Origin: an uncultured Flavobacteriaceae bacterium
GTDB taxonomy: Bacteria > Bacteroidota > Bacteroidia > Flavobacteriales > Flavobacteriaceae
Direction of reading: 5' to 3'
DNA length: 64,000 bases
NCBI GenBank assembly: GCA_947500385.1
Contig: CANMSA010000007.1
Coordinates: 116,929-180,928 of the forward strand
A program made the translations under genes and the position numbers. Below, piece by piece: positions 24,412 through 35,100 of this stretch. Under the pieces are notes generated by a model that was not told the origin of the DNA, did not search any database, and worked only from the letters and a program-made list of their open reading frames with translations. The number at the start of each line of letters is the position of its first letter. The first letter of the stretch is position 1.

Positions 24412-24495
24412 TTATGTATTTGAGAAGTCCTGAAGCGACACGAAAGAGGCACCTGGTACCTTTTGTGCAATCTGATGTCTGTTTATGAAAGTCAT
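24412..24495 (-). CDS. Putative 27-aa rtcB leader peptide (MTFINRHQIAQKVPGASFVSLQDFSNT)
   Basis: Downstream of a TAGATTTG promoter element (~24534-24541); contains CTTC-A-GGACTT complementary to the terminator-3 5' arm. Confidence 0.55.
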   Translation of the reverse strand: MTFINRHQIAQKVPGASFVSLQDFSNT

Positions 24496-24740
24496 ACTAC
24501 TTCAGTTAAAAACGTGTGTGTTTAATTTCGATGCAAATCTAAAATGCTTTTTTGGATTTACCAAATAAAAATCAATTTAATTAATTGATTATCAATTAAT
24601 TATGATTAAAATTAGACATGAGAATTCCGGTCCGTTTTAGAACGGATATCAGCATATTTAACGAACCTGCTGTTTATCAAATGATTAGCTTTCAATTAGC
24701 ATTCTTTGAGAATTTGGATGACTACCAAAAAAATTACATA

Positions 24741-24768
24741 AAAAAAGCGCCCAATTTCTTGGACGCTC
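24741..24768 (-). terminator. Attenuator terminator 4
   Basis: AGCGTCCAA-GAAA-TTGGGCGCT followed by a U-run; near-identical to terminator 2. Confidence 0.75.
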
Positions 24769-24795
24769 TAGTCTTGTATCGTTTTCTAATAGTTT

Positions 24796-24861
24796 TTACC
24801 CATCAATATGATGCAATCCCAGCTTTTCAGCGCCCGGTATGTGAGTAAAATAATTTAGCAT
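24796..24861 (-). CDS. Putative 21-aa leader peptide (MLNYFTHIPGAEKLGLHHIDG)
   Basis: Contains GGGCGCT (24829-24835) complementary to the terminator-4 5' arm. Confidence 0.45.
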   Translation of the reverse strand: MLNYFTHIPGAEKLGLHHIDG

Positions 24862-24917
24862 GTATGGTTTTTTATAAGGTACTTTTAAAATTTAACTATT
24901 GAAATGTGGTATGGCAC

Positions 24918-25208
24918 CTATAATATTTCTATTACCTTACCATACACATTTTTAGTCCATCCGTTAATTCTTCCATGGTTGTTACCAATTAACAAGCCAC
25001 GTTTGTTATTCTTTCCTTTTACAAGGTGTGTAAATACATTTCCACGTACTTTACAATAAACAATGTCACCTACCTCACAATCTTCCCCAGCGATGGGCGC
25101 AATACGCACCGGCTGTTTAGATTTGAGTAAGGGCAACATAGAATTCCCGGGTTCTTTTGAAATGATGGTTTTTCCATCATTGAGTTTTTGAATTTTCCAA
25201 TTCATCAT
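24918..25208 (-). CDS. Small S24/S26 peptidase-fold-like protein
   Basis: GNSMLP followed by VGDIVYCK...FTHLV...GNN resembles LexA/signal-peptidase boxes; no transmembrane anchor. Confidence 0.55.
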   Translation of the reverse strand: MMNWKIQKLNDGKTIISKEPGNSMLPLLKSKQPVRIAPIAGEDCEVGDIVYCKVRGNVFTHLVKGKNNKRGLLIGNNHGRINGWTKNVYGKVIEIL

Positions 25209-25393
25209 TTCTAATTTTAAAAGTTATGTACAGCGATAGTACTGTACATGTCCCTCAAAATTTTCAAAAAAACAATTTTCAATGAACTGTTGCAAAGATG
25301 CGGATTATATAGCAACCTTCAAAAAAATAGGGTCTTCATGGTCGATTTCTTAGACAAAGCTCCTGCTTTTTAATTCAATTATTGCCAGTTACG

Positions 25394-25424
25394 ACGAATT
25401 CTAGTTTATCTCCAACGAATTCTA
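25394..25424 (+). promoter_or_regulatory. Putative LytTR box (ACGAATTCTA direct repeat, 21-bp period)
   Basis: ACGAATTCTA-N11-ACGAATTCTA upstream of 25489; the same motif occurs at 27954-27984. Confidence 0.65.
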
Positions 25425-25488
25425 AAAGCACTACATACTCCCAGGAGGTCACCGTTACATTTGACAAAAATAACAATGAACTAAAACC

Positions 25489-27648
25489 ATGATTATGAAA
25501 CTACTATATACGTTTTTTCTATTTTGTACCGCTGCATTGAGCTATGCTCAGGAAGGTGACAGTCCGTATTTATTGGTAACTACCCAAGACGCTGTAATTC
25601 CTTTAAAGGCCTCGAAGACCAATGTACAAATCTCCGGTGCCATTGCGCATGTTCAAATTACCCAAGTATATCAAAACCTGGGAACTTCGGCGATTGAGGC
25701 CAAGTATGTGTTTCCGCTTTCTATCCATGCGGCCGTACATAAAATGCAAATGACCATAGGAGATCGTATCGTGAATGCCAAGATATTTGAAAAGCAAACA
25801 GCACAAAAAGTATACGAGACCGCCTTGAGCGAAGGGAAACGTGCTGCTAAATTGGATCAAGATCGGCCGAATGTATTTCAAATGAATGTGGGCAATATTA
25901 TGCCGCGAGATGAAATTACCATCGCAATCTTCTACACTGAAATGCTGGTGCCGGTAAACGGACAGTACCAATTTGTAGCTCCTTCGGTCGTTGGGCCGCG
26001 CTTTACCGGAGAACGTTCTGGGAATACAGATAGTTTTAACATGCCCTATACCGCCAAGGGCATAGCGGACACTTTTGATTTTGACATGACGGTTTTCATA
26101 AACGCCGGTATGCTAATTCAAAGTATTACCAGCACAAGTCATATCGTAGCGTTGAGGTATCCCGATGCTAAGACTGCCGAGGTGTTTTTATCCAAAAACA
26201 ATAAAAACCCGGCTAACAGGGATTTCATCCTCAACTATAACCTTCGGGGAAACAAAATACAATCGGGATTGCTCTTGTATGAGGACAAAGATGAACACTT
26301 CTTCACCTATCAAATGGAACCGACAAAAAATGTTGTTTTGGAGGATATTCCAAGCAGGGAGTACCTATTTATTGTAGATGTCTCAGGTTCCATGAACGGA
26401 TATCCATTGGAAGTATCCAAAGAACTCATGCGAAACTTGCTTTGTAACCTACGGCCTACAGATACGTTTAACGTGCAGTTGTTTGCTTCAAGTGCTACGG
26501 TTTTCAGTACGACGCCCGTAGAAACGAATGAGCAGAATATCGAAGCGGCCATTCGCTTTCTTTCTGAAGGTCAGGGAGGCGGGGGTACCCAATTGCTGAA
26601 TGCCTTACAGGAGGCATACAAGTTGCCACGAAAAGACCCCAGCAATGCCCGTTCTATGGTTGTCATTACCGATGGTTATGTAAGTGTAGAAAAGGAGGCT
26701 TTTGAGCTGATCAAAAACAACTTAGATCAGGCCAATGTATTCACTTTTGGTATTGGCTCTAGTGTAAATCGATACCTGATCGAAGGCATGGCCAAAGTGG
26801 CCAATAGTGAATCTTTTATTGCAACTTCGATGGGAGAGGCGAATGGGGTCGCCAAGAAATTTGCAACATACATTTCAACACCCTTGTTGACACAGGTTAA
26901 AATTGAGTCACAAGGTTTTGAGATGTATGACATGGCACCAAGCAGTATCCCCGACGTTTTTGCGGCAAGACCTGTGGTGGTGCATGGCAAATATCGTGGT
27001 AAAGCCCACGGTAAAATTATTATTACCGGGTATCAGGGGGCTAAAAAGTTCAGACAAGAATTTAAGGTTGCACATGGCCACCTTAGCAAAGCGAACAAGG
27101 CATTGCCTTATTTATGGGCAAGACAACGAATAGCCGAATTGGGCGACTATCATAAAATTTTCAATGAGGATGTAAGGGATCGTGTGATTGCACTGGGCCT
27201 GAAATACAATTTGGCCACCGACTATACCTCGTTTGTTGCCGTTGATGAAGTAGTCGCAAACAAAAATGGTTCAATAAGCACGGTGAAACAACCCTTGCCG
27301 ATGCCTCGTAATGTAAACAATTTAGCGGTCGGGGCAGCGGGCGAAGTGAGGGAGCGCACAACATACAAACCATCCTTTAACATTGCATTTAATGAAAACC
27401 TTGACAAAACCACCAAAAGAAAAATCACGATGGAATTCAAAACAATCTATACAAAATTGGTAAACGACTATTTGGAGAAGTACAAAGGCCTACGGATAAA
27501 ATTCGATAAAAATGGCCAAATCGTCTGTGTCGAAAAAATGGAAAAAGGTCAGTGGGTTTTAGATAGCGGATTAATGGATGAATTTGATGCATTTTCAACG
27601 AGAAGAATGCGCTTGGACAAGGAAGTGATTTTGACATTGAAAAAATAG
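25489..27648 (+). CDS. Secreted VIT + vWA domain protein
   Basis: Signal peptide; VIT (VQISGAIAHV.ITQ.YQN...EAKYVFPL); vWA MIDAS DVSGSM, GGGT and ITDG. Confidence 0.9.
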   Translation: MIMKLLYTFFLFCTAALSYAQEGDSPYLLVTTQDAVIPLKASKTNVQISGAIAHVQITQVYQNLGTSAIEAKYVFPLSIHAAVHKMQMTIGDRIVNAKIFEKQTAQKVYETALSEGKRAAKLDQDRPNVFQMNVGNIMPRDEITIAIFYTEMLVPVNGQYQFVAPSVVGPRFTGERSGNTDSFNMPYTAKGIADTFDFDMTVFINAGMLIQSITSTSHIVALRYPDAKTAEVFLSKNNKNPANRDFILNYNLRGNKIQSGLLLYEDKDEHFFTYQMEPTKNVVLEDIPSREYLFIVDVSGSMNGYPLEVSKELMRNLLCNLRPTDTFNVQLFASSATVFSTTPVETNEQNIEAAIRFLSEGQGGGGTQLLNALQEAYKLPRKDPSNARSMVVITDGYVSVEKEAFELIKNNLDQANVFTFGIGSSVNRYLIEGMAKVANSESFIATSMGEANGVAKKFATYISTPLLTQVKIESQGFEMYDMAPSSIPDVFAARPVVVHGKYRGKAHGKIIITGYQGAKKFRQEFKVAHGHLSKANKALPYLWARQRIAELGDYHKIFNEDVRDRVIALGLKYNLATDYTSFVAVDEVVANKNGSISTVKQPLPMPRNVNNLAVGAAGEVRERTTYKPSFNIAFNENLDKTTKRKITMEFKTIYTKLVNDYLEKYKGLRIKFDKNGQIVCVEKMEKGQWVLDSGLMDEFDAFSTRRMRLDKEVILTLKK

Positions 27649-27953
27649 GAAACAAACATTTTAGTTAGTGTTTAGTTTGTAGGGGGCCCCGCGAGGGGGA
27701 AGAAGGCCTGTGAGTATCGTACGATCTTGCAGGTTTTTCTTTTTTTAGTAAAACCCCATTTTAAAAGACTGTATTTCCAGCGGAACCAAAATGCAGGGTT
27801 GAACCAACTCCGACCGATAGCGTTAGGGTTTGGTTGAATGCTTCTCCCGATAGTCCGTATTTCGGTGGGTTTTGGTTAAAGGTTTGCTCAGTAAGAAAGG
27901 TCTTCTGTGCTTCAAAAACAGCACTGTCAACAGAGCGAATAGGCAGGTTTACG

Positions 27954-27984
27954 ACGAATTCTAGTTTAGACCCTACGAATACTA
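27954..27984 (+). promoter_or_regulatory. Putative LytTR box (second copy)
   Basis: ACGAATTCTA-N11-ACGAATACTA; the 20-mer ttacgacgaattctagttta is identical to 25389-25408. Confidence 0.65.
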
Positions 27985-28056
27985 GAACAGCCACTAAAAC
28001 ACCCTATGTCTATAGTAGCTTTAGGGTATGAAAACAACAACAACAAAAACAAACAC

Positions 28057-28620
28057 ATGAAAAATAGCATTCTTTTAGTATTCACATTTTGCATTTTAAC
28101 GGTGCAAGCACAGGAATTTAAAACAACGGAAAAATATGCTTTGGCCAATGAACGGTCCACTGGGCAAGAAGAGGAAGGGAGCGCGCTCATAGATGTGATG
28201 GTCTCCTCAGATACCAGCAACCCCGTAGCGACTATTAAAATTGATGAATTGGAATTGTTCGAGGGCATCCAAATAACCGTGCTCCCGAATCCCGGTCTGG
28301 AAAAAATCACGGAAATTCTTAAGGTAACCGTAGAATACGCCGCCTGTTGTTCAGGTACACAAACATATTACTTTTTGGTAAGCGATGAACAGGAATTTAC
28401 CGAGTTGCCACTCTTGGAAAATGTGTATTGCGATACGACCCTGGCGGATACACATTACATTTTTCCAAGTCAGGAATTTGGTAGGGAAGGTACTGTTCTG
28501 CAAGCTGAACTGCATTACACCGAAAAATATACAATTAAAGACATCAAAGTACTTCAAAGCTTTGTTTGGAACGATGATGACTTTGATTACGAAGACGCCA
28601 TCACGGCAAATGAACGCTAA
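28057..28620 (+). CDS. Secreted hypothetical protein
   Basis: MKNSILLVFTFCILTVQAQ signal peptide; acidic; YAACCSG motif. The ORF track starts at 28006. Confidence 0.7.
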   Translation: MKNSILLVFTFCILTVQAQEFKTTEKYALANERSTGQEEEGSALIDVMVSSDTSNPVATIKIDELELFEGIQITVLPNPGLEKITEILKVTVEYAACCSGTQTYYFLVSDEQEFTELPLLENVYCDTTLADTHYIFPSQEFGREGTVLQAELHYTEKYTIKDIKVLQSFVWNDDDFDYEDAITANER

Positions 28621-28658
28621 GCAAGTTCAATATTTAATAACCCTTAAAATTTAATAGT

Positions 28659-29561
28659 ATGAAAAATTTAAGAAAAAGTGCTTTGATCCTATGCCTATTT
28701 GCATTCTCAAAAATGTTCGCTCAATCTGCCCCAGAGGTGCAATTCGAAACCGTACCAGATGAAACCCCGGTACATGAACTTTCGTATAAACATCTGTTGG
28801 CACATAAGGTGTACCTTCGGGAAAAGCCCTCCTTAAAAGGAAAGAGAGTAGCGGTTTTAGACATTGGCACCAAATTGGTACTGCGCGAAAAAAGCTTATA
28901 CGATACCGAAATCAATGGTATAAAAAGTAATTGGTACCGAGTAAATGCAGCAGGCCAAACCGGGTGGGTTTGGGGCGGAATGATTGCTCAAGAAGCCTTT
29001 GGAAGTGAAGCGGATTATAAGGTGAAATTTGTATATGGTTATGAAAGTAGTACCGTTAACGAGCAGGGTGTTGTCGAGACCAAGTACCAATTAAGGGCTT
29101 TTAAAAATGGGGTACAGTTAGATAAAATTGTACTTGACGGTCTTGTAATTGCTCCTTCTGAAATCAAGAATATCGGAAATAAGGGCATTTTTAATGTAGA
29201 AGATATTATCACACTCGGTTTGGAAGATCCCATTAGCGGAGATGAAATTGGAAAGAGCTATGTCTTCTGGAACAACGGTACGTTCACGAACATTGCCAAT
29301 TTGATCGATTATGCCGATGCTTCCTATGCGAAGAGCGAGACCTTTGTTTTTCCTTCCGACATGTTGGGAATCAAAAGCACCATTAAGCTGAAAACCGTGA
29401 TTTTAGATAAGAAGGCGACCGTTGGGGATGCCTTGGTCGATGGGAATAAGAAGTATCGTACACGGTTTTATACTTGGAACGGATATAAACTTTCCTTAAA
29501 AGCGGAGACACCTACCATGTCTAAAAATGTGGTCGCCAGTAATACGAATGCCAACTTCTAA
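28659..29561 (+). CDS. Secreted bacterial SH3-domain protein
   Basis: Signal peptide; VYLREKPS...WYRV...GWVWGG SH3b pattern. Confidence 0.8.
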   Translation: MKNLRKSALILCLFAFSKMFAQSAPEVQFETVPDETPVHELSYKHLLAHKVYLREKPSLKGKRVAVLDIGTKLVLREKSLYDTEINGIKSNWYRVNAAGQTGWVWGGMIAQEAFGSEADYKVKFVYGYESSTVNEQGVVETKYQLRAFKNGVQLDKIVLDGLVIAPSEIKNIGNKGIFNVEDIITLGLEDPISGDEIGKSYVFWNNGTFTNIANLIDYADASYAKSETFVFPSDMLGIKSTIKLKTVILDKKATVGDALVDGNKKYRTRFYTWNGYKLSLKAETPTMSKNVVASNTNANF

Positions 29562-29570
29562 AAAAACTGT

Positions 29571-30611
29571 ATGAAAGCGCACTATCGCATTGCCTTCGTT
29601 TTAGTGTTGATCATAGGCTGCAACGAGCCGTTTTCGAAAATACCGGAAGCGGCTCTTGCCGTGCCTTGTAAAATGGAGCAACCCAGGGAATCGGTCGTTT
29701 TTATAACAGGTTTCGATGAAGGGGAAAATGCCTACTATACCAGCGCGGAAACGTATTTTTCAGAGCAGGGGATACGTATAGTCAATGATTTATTTTCCCT
29801 TGAAGAAATCATCACCTGGATAAACCGCGAAGGAGCAGGCCAAACAAATTTTGACGAAATACATATTGTGAGCCATAGCAATGCCTGGTTGGGAATGGCT
29901 CTAAAAACAACGAATCACGGTCAACGAATCCGATTGAAAACCCTGCTAGATGTCAGAAAACACAAGAAGATACCCGCCCTGAACAAAGGCGTTGATGGTG
30001 ACACAAAAATTATCTTCCATTCTTGTGGGTTGGGAGAACATATGGCCCTGCTGCAAGAGCTAAAGAGCATTTTTACCACAACGGGCTCCCCGACGCTCTA
30101 TGCATCCTCCTATTTTAATGTCTTTGGCGGAAAATTTGCGGCCCATTACTTGGCCAAACCGTATTATGTTTATTACCCGACCGCAGAATCGCCGGGACCC
30201 GCCCGGCTTTCAAAAGAATTTACCACTGCCTACCCCGATATCAACATCGATTGGTTTGCCGCCATCAAGACCAGGAGAGAGACCGTACTTGGAGGTTCCT
30301 ATAGTTTTAAATTCAACATCCCCATAGAATGGGAGTTTGCCTTTGAAACCGCCACCGAGGTTCCAATCTTGGACGATAGGGAAGCGATCATGGATTGGGT
30401 CTCTGAATCGCCAGAAATGTCCGAAGTGCTTCTTGAGTTGAACATCCCACTGGAAAAATACCGTTGGAGAACGGAAATCGAAGGTCGAAAACTAAGAATA
30501 AAAGGGAAAACCACTGTGCTTAGCGTGTTGGCACCTATTTTGCAAGATGCCGATAAGCAAGAGTACCGGGTTGCCAAGTTAAACGACCGTTCTATTTATC
30601 AAAAAGTATAA
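29571..30611 (+). CDS. Hypothetical lipoprotein with possible caspase-fold His/Cys dyad
   Basis: Lipobox IIGC; IHIVSHS and IIFHSCG motifs resemble DUF4347/CHAT-like folds. Confidence 0.55.
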   Translation: MKAHYRIAFVLVLIIGCNEPFSKIPEAALAVPCKMEQPRESVVFITGFDEGENAYYTSAETYFSEQGIRIVNDLFSLEEIITWINREGAGQTNFDEIHIVSHSNAWLGMALKTTNHGQRIRLKTLLDVRKHKKIPALNKGVDGDTKIIFHSCGLGEHMALLQELKSIFTTTGSPTLYASSYFNVFGGKFAAHYLAKPYYVYYPTAESPGPARLSKEFTTAYPDINIDWFAAIKTRRETVLGGSYSFKFNIPIEWEFAFETATEVPILDDREAIMDWVSESPEMSEVLLELNIPLEKYRWRTEIEGRKLRIKGKTTVLSVLAPILQDADKQEYRVAKLNDRSIYQKV

Positions 30612-30633
30612 CAGTAAATTTGTGAGGGAAATT

Positions 30634-32118
30634 ATGAAAACAAACAAACAGGTATTTCTAGTATTCGTACTATTTATTTTTATTTCAGTATGCGGAACAT
30701 CCCAAAAAGTAGCCCAAAATGAGGACAAGGACGACTGGGTTCAATATCTCTTCCAAGATTACATCGGAGAGAAGCCAAGTGCAAGTTTCATCGTCATTAA
30801 AGATGGCAACATCAAGGCTTGCCAGAGTTTTGGATATGCCGACCTGGAAAACAAGATTTTAGCCACCTGTGAAACCAACTATCGGCTAGCCTCCGTTACC
30901 AAACAGTTTACTGCAATGGCAGTTTTGATCTTAATTGACCAAGGAAAATTGGCGTATCATACAAAGCTGCCCGAAATAATCCCTGAGTTTCCTGACTATG
31001 GAAAAGAGATTACCGTTAAAGATTTATTGACACATCGCTCCGGTTTGCAAGACTATGTCAAACTATATCCCAGAGATGCCGAAAAACAACTAGTCGACAA
31101 AGAGGTACTGAACCTGCTTGTAAAACAAGACAGCCTTTTATTTCCTGCAAACTCTAACTACAAATACAGCAACTCGGGCTACGCCGTTTTGGCTATGATC
31201 ATAGAACGGGTAACTGGCAAAACATTTACTGAGTTTATGAATAACGAAATTTTTGAGAAAATCGGGATGACGAGCAGCACGGTGTACGAAAAGGAAACCT
31301 CCATAAAAAACCGTGCTTTTGGATACAAATTTAATGACACCATCTATGAAAATAAAGACCAAAATACCTGGTCGGCCATTCAAGGGGATGGCGGGGTGTA
31401 TTCGTCTGTTAGCGAGTATGTACATTGGGATCGAAGCTTGTACGATGAAACGCTCATAAGTTCAAGCTTGAGAGATGACGCTTTTTCGGCTTGGGACGAA
31501 CATGGAAAAACGGAAGAAGAAGGCTATGGTTTTGGCTGGCAAATTGACATAAGAAATAATAGAAAGTATGTAATGCATGGGGGTGCCTCTACAGGTTTTC
31601 GAAATTATGTGGTACGTATTCCTTCAGAGAAGATCTCCGTGGCTATTTATACCAATACGGCCGATTATCGCACGGGTTCCCTAAGACGTAAAGCGTTCTT
31701 TTTGGCAAGTTTATATTCGGATGGGCAAGTGCCTTTACCCCTTGATATGGTGCTGGAGCGCGAAATTCATACAAACGGAAGCGGCAATATAACGAATTAC
31801 TATAAGGCCCTGACCAACCTGCAGCACCGGTATGAAACGGATACATCGGACCTGGTCTCACTAGGCTTTCGTTATTTAAACAAAAAAGAAAACGCAAATT
31901 GCTTGAATGTATTTACTTTTATTAAAACGCAATTTCCAGACTACTTTGGTGGTTATTTTGGGTTGGCACAGTATTATCGAACGAATGGAAATAACGAAAA
32001 AGCGATTGAATATTATAAAAAGATTCCGGAATTGGCAACGAGTAAAGAGCAACGCTTGATCGACTATTCGAAGCGAACAATTAAAGAATTAAGTGAGAAA
32101 ATCGGCAATCGGCACTAA
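30634..32118 (+). CDS. Serine hydrolase (class C beta-lactamase family) with C-terminal TPR
   Basis: LASVTKQF (SxxK), YSNSGY, HGG.STGF; TPR-like tail. Confidence 0.9.
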   Translation: MKTNKQVFLVFVLFIFISVCGTSQKVAQNEDKDDWVQYLFQDYIGEKPSASFIVIKDGNIKACQSFGYADLENKILATCETNYRLASVTKQFTAMAVLILIDQGKLAYHTKLPEIIPEFPDYGKEITVKDLLTHRSGLQDYVKLYPRDAEKQLVDKEVLNLLVKQDSLLFPANSNYKYSNSGYAVLAMIIERVTGKTFTEFMNNEIFEKIGMTSSTVYEKETSIKNRAFGYKFNDTIYENKDQNTWSAIQGDGGVYSSVSEYVHWDRSLYDETLISSSLRDDAFSAWDEHGKTEEEGYGFGWQIDIRNNRKYVMHGGASTGFRNYVVRIPSEKISVAIYTNTADYRTGSLRRKAFFLASLYSDGQVPLPLDMVLEREIHTNGSGNITNYYKALTNLQHRYETDTSDLVSLGFRYLNKKENANCLNVFTFIKTQFPDYFGGYFGLAQYYRTNGNNEKAIEYYKKIPELATSKEQRLIDYSKRTIKELSEKIGNRH

Positions 32119-32158
32119 AATGGTTTTCCTAGTAAGATCAAAAATTAAAGCGAAATAG

Positions 32159-35100
32159 TTGACACGACATCTGAAATATTTGTTTCCCATACTGTGCTTT
32201 TTTATGGCAAGGCAATTGGGCGCGCAAAACAGTCAGCTGCGTTCTTACACCATAGAGGACGGTTTACCACAGTCGCAGGTGTATGATCTTTTGCAGGATG
32301 ATATGGGGTATTTGTGGTTGGGGACCCAAGGGGGCGGCCTAGCAAATTTCGATGGGGATACTTTTGAAGTATGGAACGAAAGTGACGGCCTTCTTTCAAA
32401 TTACATCCATGCATTGCACGCCTCGCACGATTCTTTGTTTGTAGGAACTAGAAGGGGCCTCTCCATCAAAACAAAGAGTAGGTTCGCAAACTTTAAGTCC
32501 CCGCAAATAATACAGTTTTGTCCTTCAAAGAATGGCATTTATGTAGCGACAAAGAAAGGAGTATATATTTTCTCGCACCATGGGCAGTTGAACAAGATCG
32601 CCCTTCATCCGGAAATAGATGTGAGTGAGGTCAATGCCATTCTTTTTGATGGAAATTATTACTGGCTGGGAACCAATAACGGACTTTGGCGACTTAGCGC
32701 ATTGAGCACTACTGCAACGGAAATACGTAGAATGGCAACTGAAAATTTCACTGCGGTAATAGAACACCAAGGCCAGATACTGGCGGCAACGTTTGATGAC
32801 GGAGTACATATTATTGATAGCAAAAACCCCGAGGACCGGTTTTTAATGCCAGAACCACCACGAGTCAATGCGATGTCTATCCATCAAGGCGACCTCTGGA
32901 TAGCAACGGACGACAATGGTATCGTGATCGTTGAAACGGAAAAATATGCCGAAGTAAAACGACTGAATGCAGCAAACGGACTAGCTACACCACACATTCG
33001 AAAAATAGTTAGTGATAATCGGGATAATCTTTGGATCGCCACTTCGGGTGGAGGTCTCTACAAATATTTCCAAAACAACTTTAAACACTACGACAAGCGT
33101 ACGGGTTTAAAGGGGAACCGTGTTTACGCGGTGCACAGCACCCAGGAGGGCATATGGTTATCACATTCGGAGAAGGGCCTTACTAGAATAGATTCCTCTG
33201 GGATTCATCCGCTTCAAAATGAAGATCCTTTTTTTGATGTAAAGATCAAGACCATTACAAGTGACGCAAAAGACAACCTTTGGGTGGGTTCCGATAATCG
33301 GGGCATCCTATTTCGGGAGACGAAAATGGTCGATAGTCTGGTATATAGTGCAAGTAGCACTTTTCAGATTAGCGTTGACACTATTTCGAAAAAGGTTACT
33401 AAAAACTACCTAATCGATGAAAGCAAAGGGTTCCCCTCCGATTGGATTCGAAAGTTGGTCGTTGATGATGCTGTTGTATGGGCCGCTACCTATGCAAGTG
33501 GAATCGTACAATTCAGCTACGATTCGGATCGGGATAGCCTTACGGTCCGAAAAGTTTTTGGGAAACGCGATGGTATATCCGATTTGCTGATAAAAGACTT
33601 TGTAAAAGATTCAAAAGAGAGGTTTTGGTTCGCAACCCAAAACGGACATTTGGGGTATATTAAAGATTCAAAAGTAACAAGGGTCGAGACCCAATTGGAA
33701 GGACAAACGGGTATTGGGACCTTATTGTTTCATAACGACCAGTTATTTCTGGGAACCTCCGGGAAGGGTATTTGGTTCGCAGACCTTGAAGACCCCTCGA
33801 ATTTTAAACGCTTAAAAGGTGCAAAAAAAGGCTCCTCTAATAACATCTACCAGCTTGTATTCGACGATCAAGGGTACTTATGGGCAGGGACGGAGCGCGG
33901 AGTGGATAAAATAGAACTAAATGCCGCGAACGAAATCATAGACGTATATCACTTTGGTCGAAATGATGGTTTTCTGGGTATCGAAACCTGTTTGAATGCG
34001 GTAGATAAGGATACCAAGGGAAATCTTTGGTTCGGGGCGATTTACGGGTTGACCCAGCACGTGCCTTCTGAGAATACCAAGATTACAGTGCCGCCCAAGG
34101 TGTATTTTACAGGCTTGGAAGAGGGCTATAAAAAGATAGATTCCCTTGACCTTAAGGATTGGACGAACAGTGACAAAGTATTGCAGCTAACGCCTACCCA
34201 AACGCAGTTGGGATTTTCCTTTAGAACGGTCGACTTAGATCACCCTACCGAAATTGAATACCGCACCAAATTGGATGCCTCCGACTGGAGCCCATGGATA
34301 AAGGAACGGAAACAAAATTTTGCGGGACTTGCTTTTGGTGCCCATACTTTTTCCGTACAATCTAGAAATCATAGATGGGAGAAAAGCGACCCGATCCATT
34401 TTCAATTTTTTATTGATAGTCCATTGTATCAAAAAGATTGGTTTCGATGGACGGTCTTGAGTTTGGCAGTGCTTTTATTGCTGGGAATCGGTTGGTGGTA
34501 CATTCGAAAGATCAAGGCAAAAAATAAAGCGGCACAAGCACATTTGGAAACACAAAACTATCTACTGACCTTGGAACAAAAAGCGCTGCGCCTGCAAATG
34601 AATCCCCATTTCATCTTTAATGTACTCAATGGCATAAAAGCGATGGCAAGCAGCAAACCCGAGAAGATGAATACGACTATCAATAGTTTTGCCGTTTTGC
34701 TACGCGATACGCTTCACAATTCACGAAAGGAAACCATTAGTTTGGCAGATGAAGTGCGCACATTGGAACACTATATTGCTGTTGAAAAGCTGATGGCTCC
34801 CGAAGCGTTCGACCATCAGATTGTTATGGCAACAACACCCGGCGCCGAGGAGATTTTGATTCCCCCGATGTTGATCCAACCCTTTGTTGAAAATGCCATT
34901 CGGCACGGTATTTTGAAAGGAGAGAGGCACGGTATCCTTGAAATTGGATTCCATACCTCCCAGACCCATCTGAAGTGTAGTATTACCGACAATGGCCTGG
35001 GGATTTTTAAATCGCAAACTGAAAAGGTGAAAACCGACCACCAATCAATGGCCTTGGTAGTGACCAAAGAAAGACTCATTTCTATCGCAGGAACCGATAC

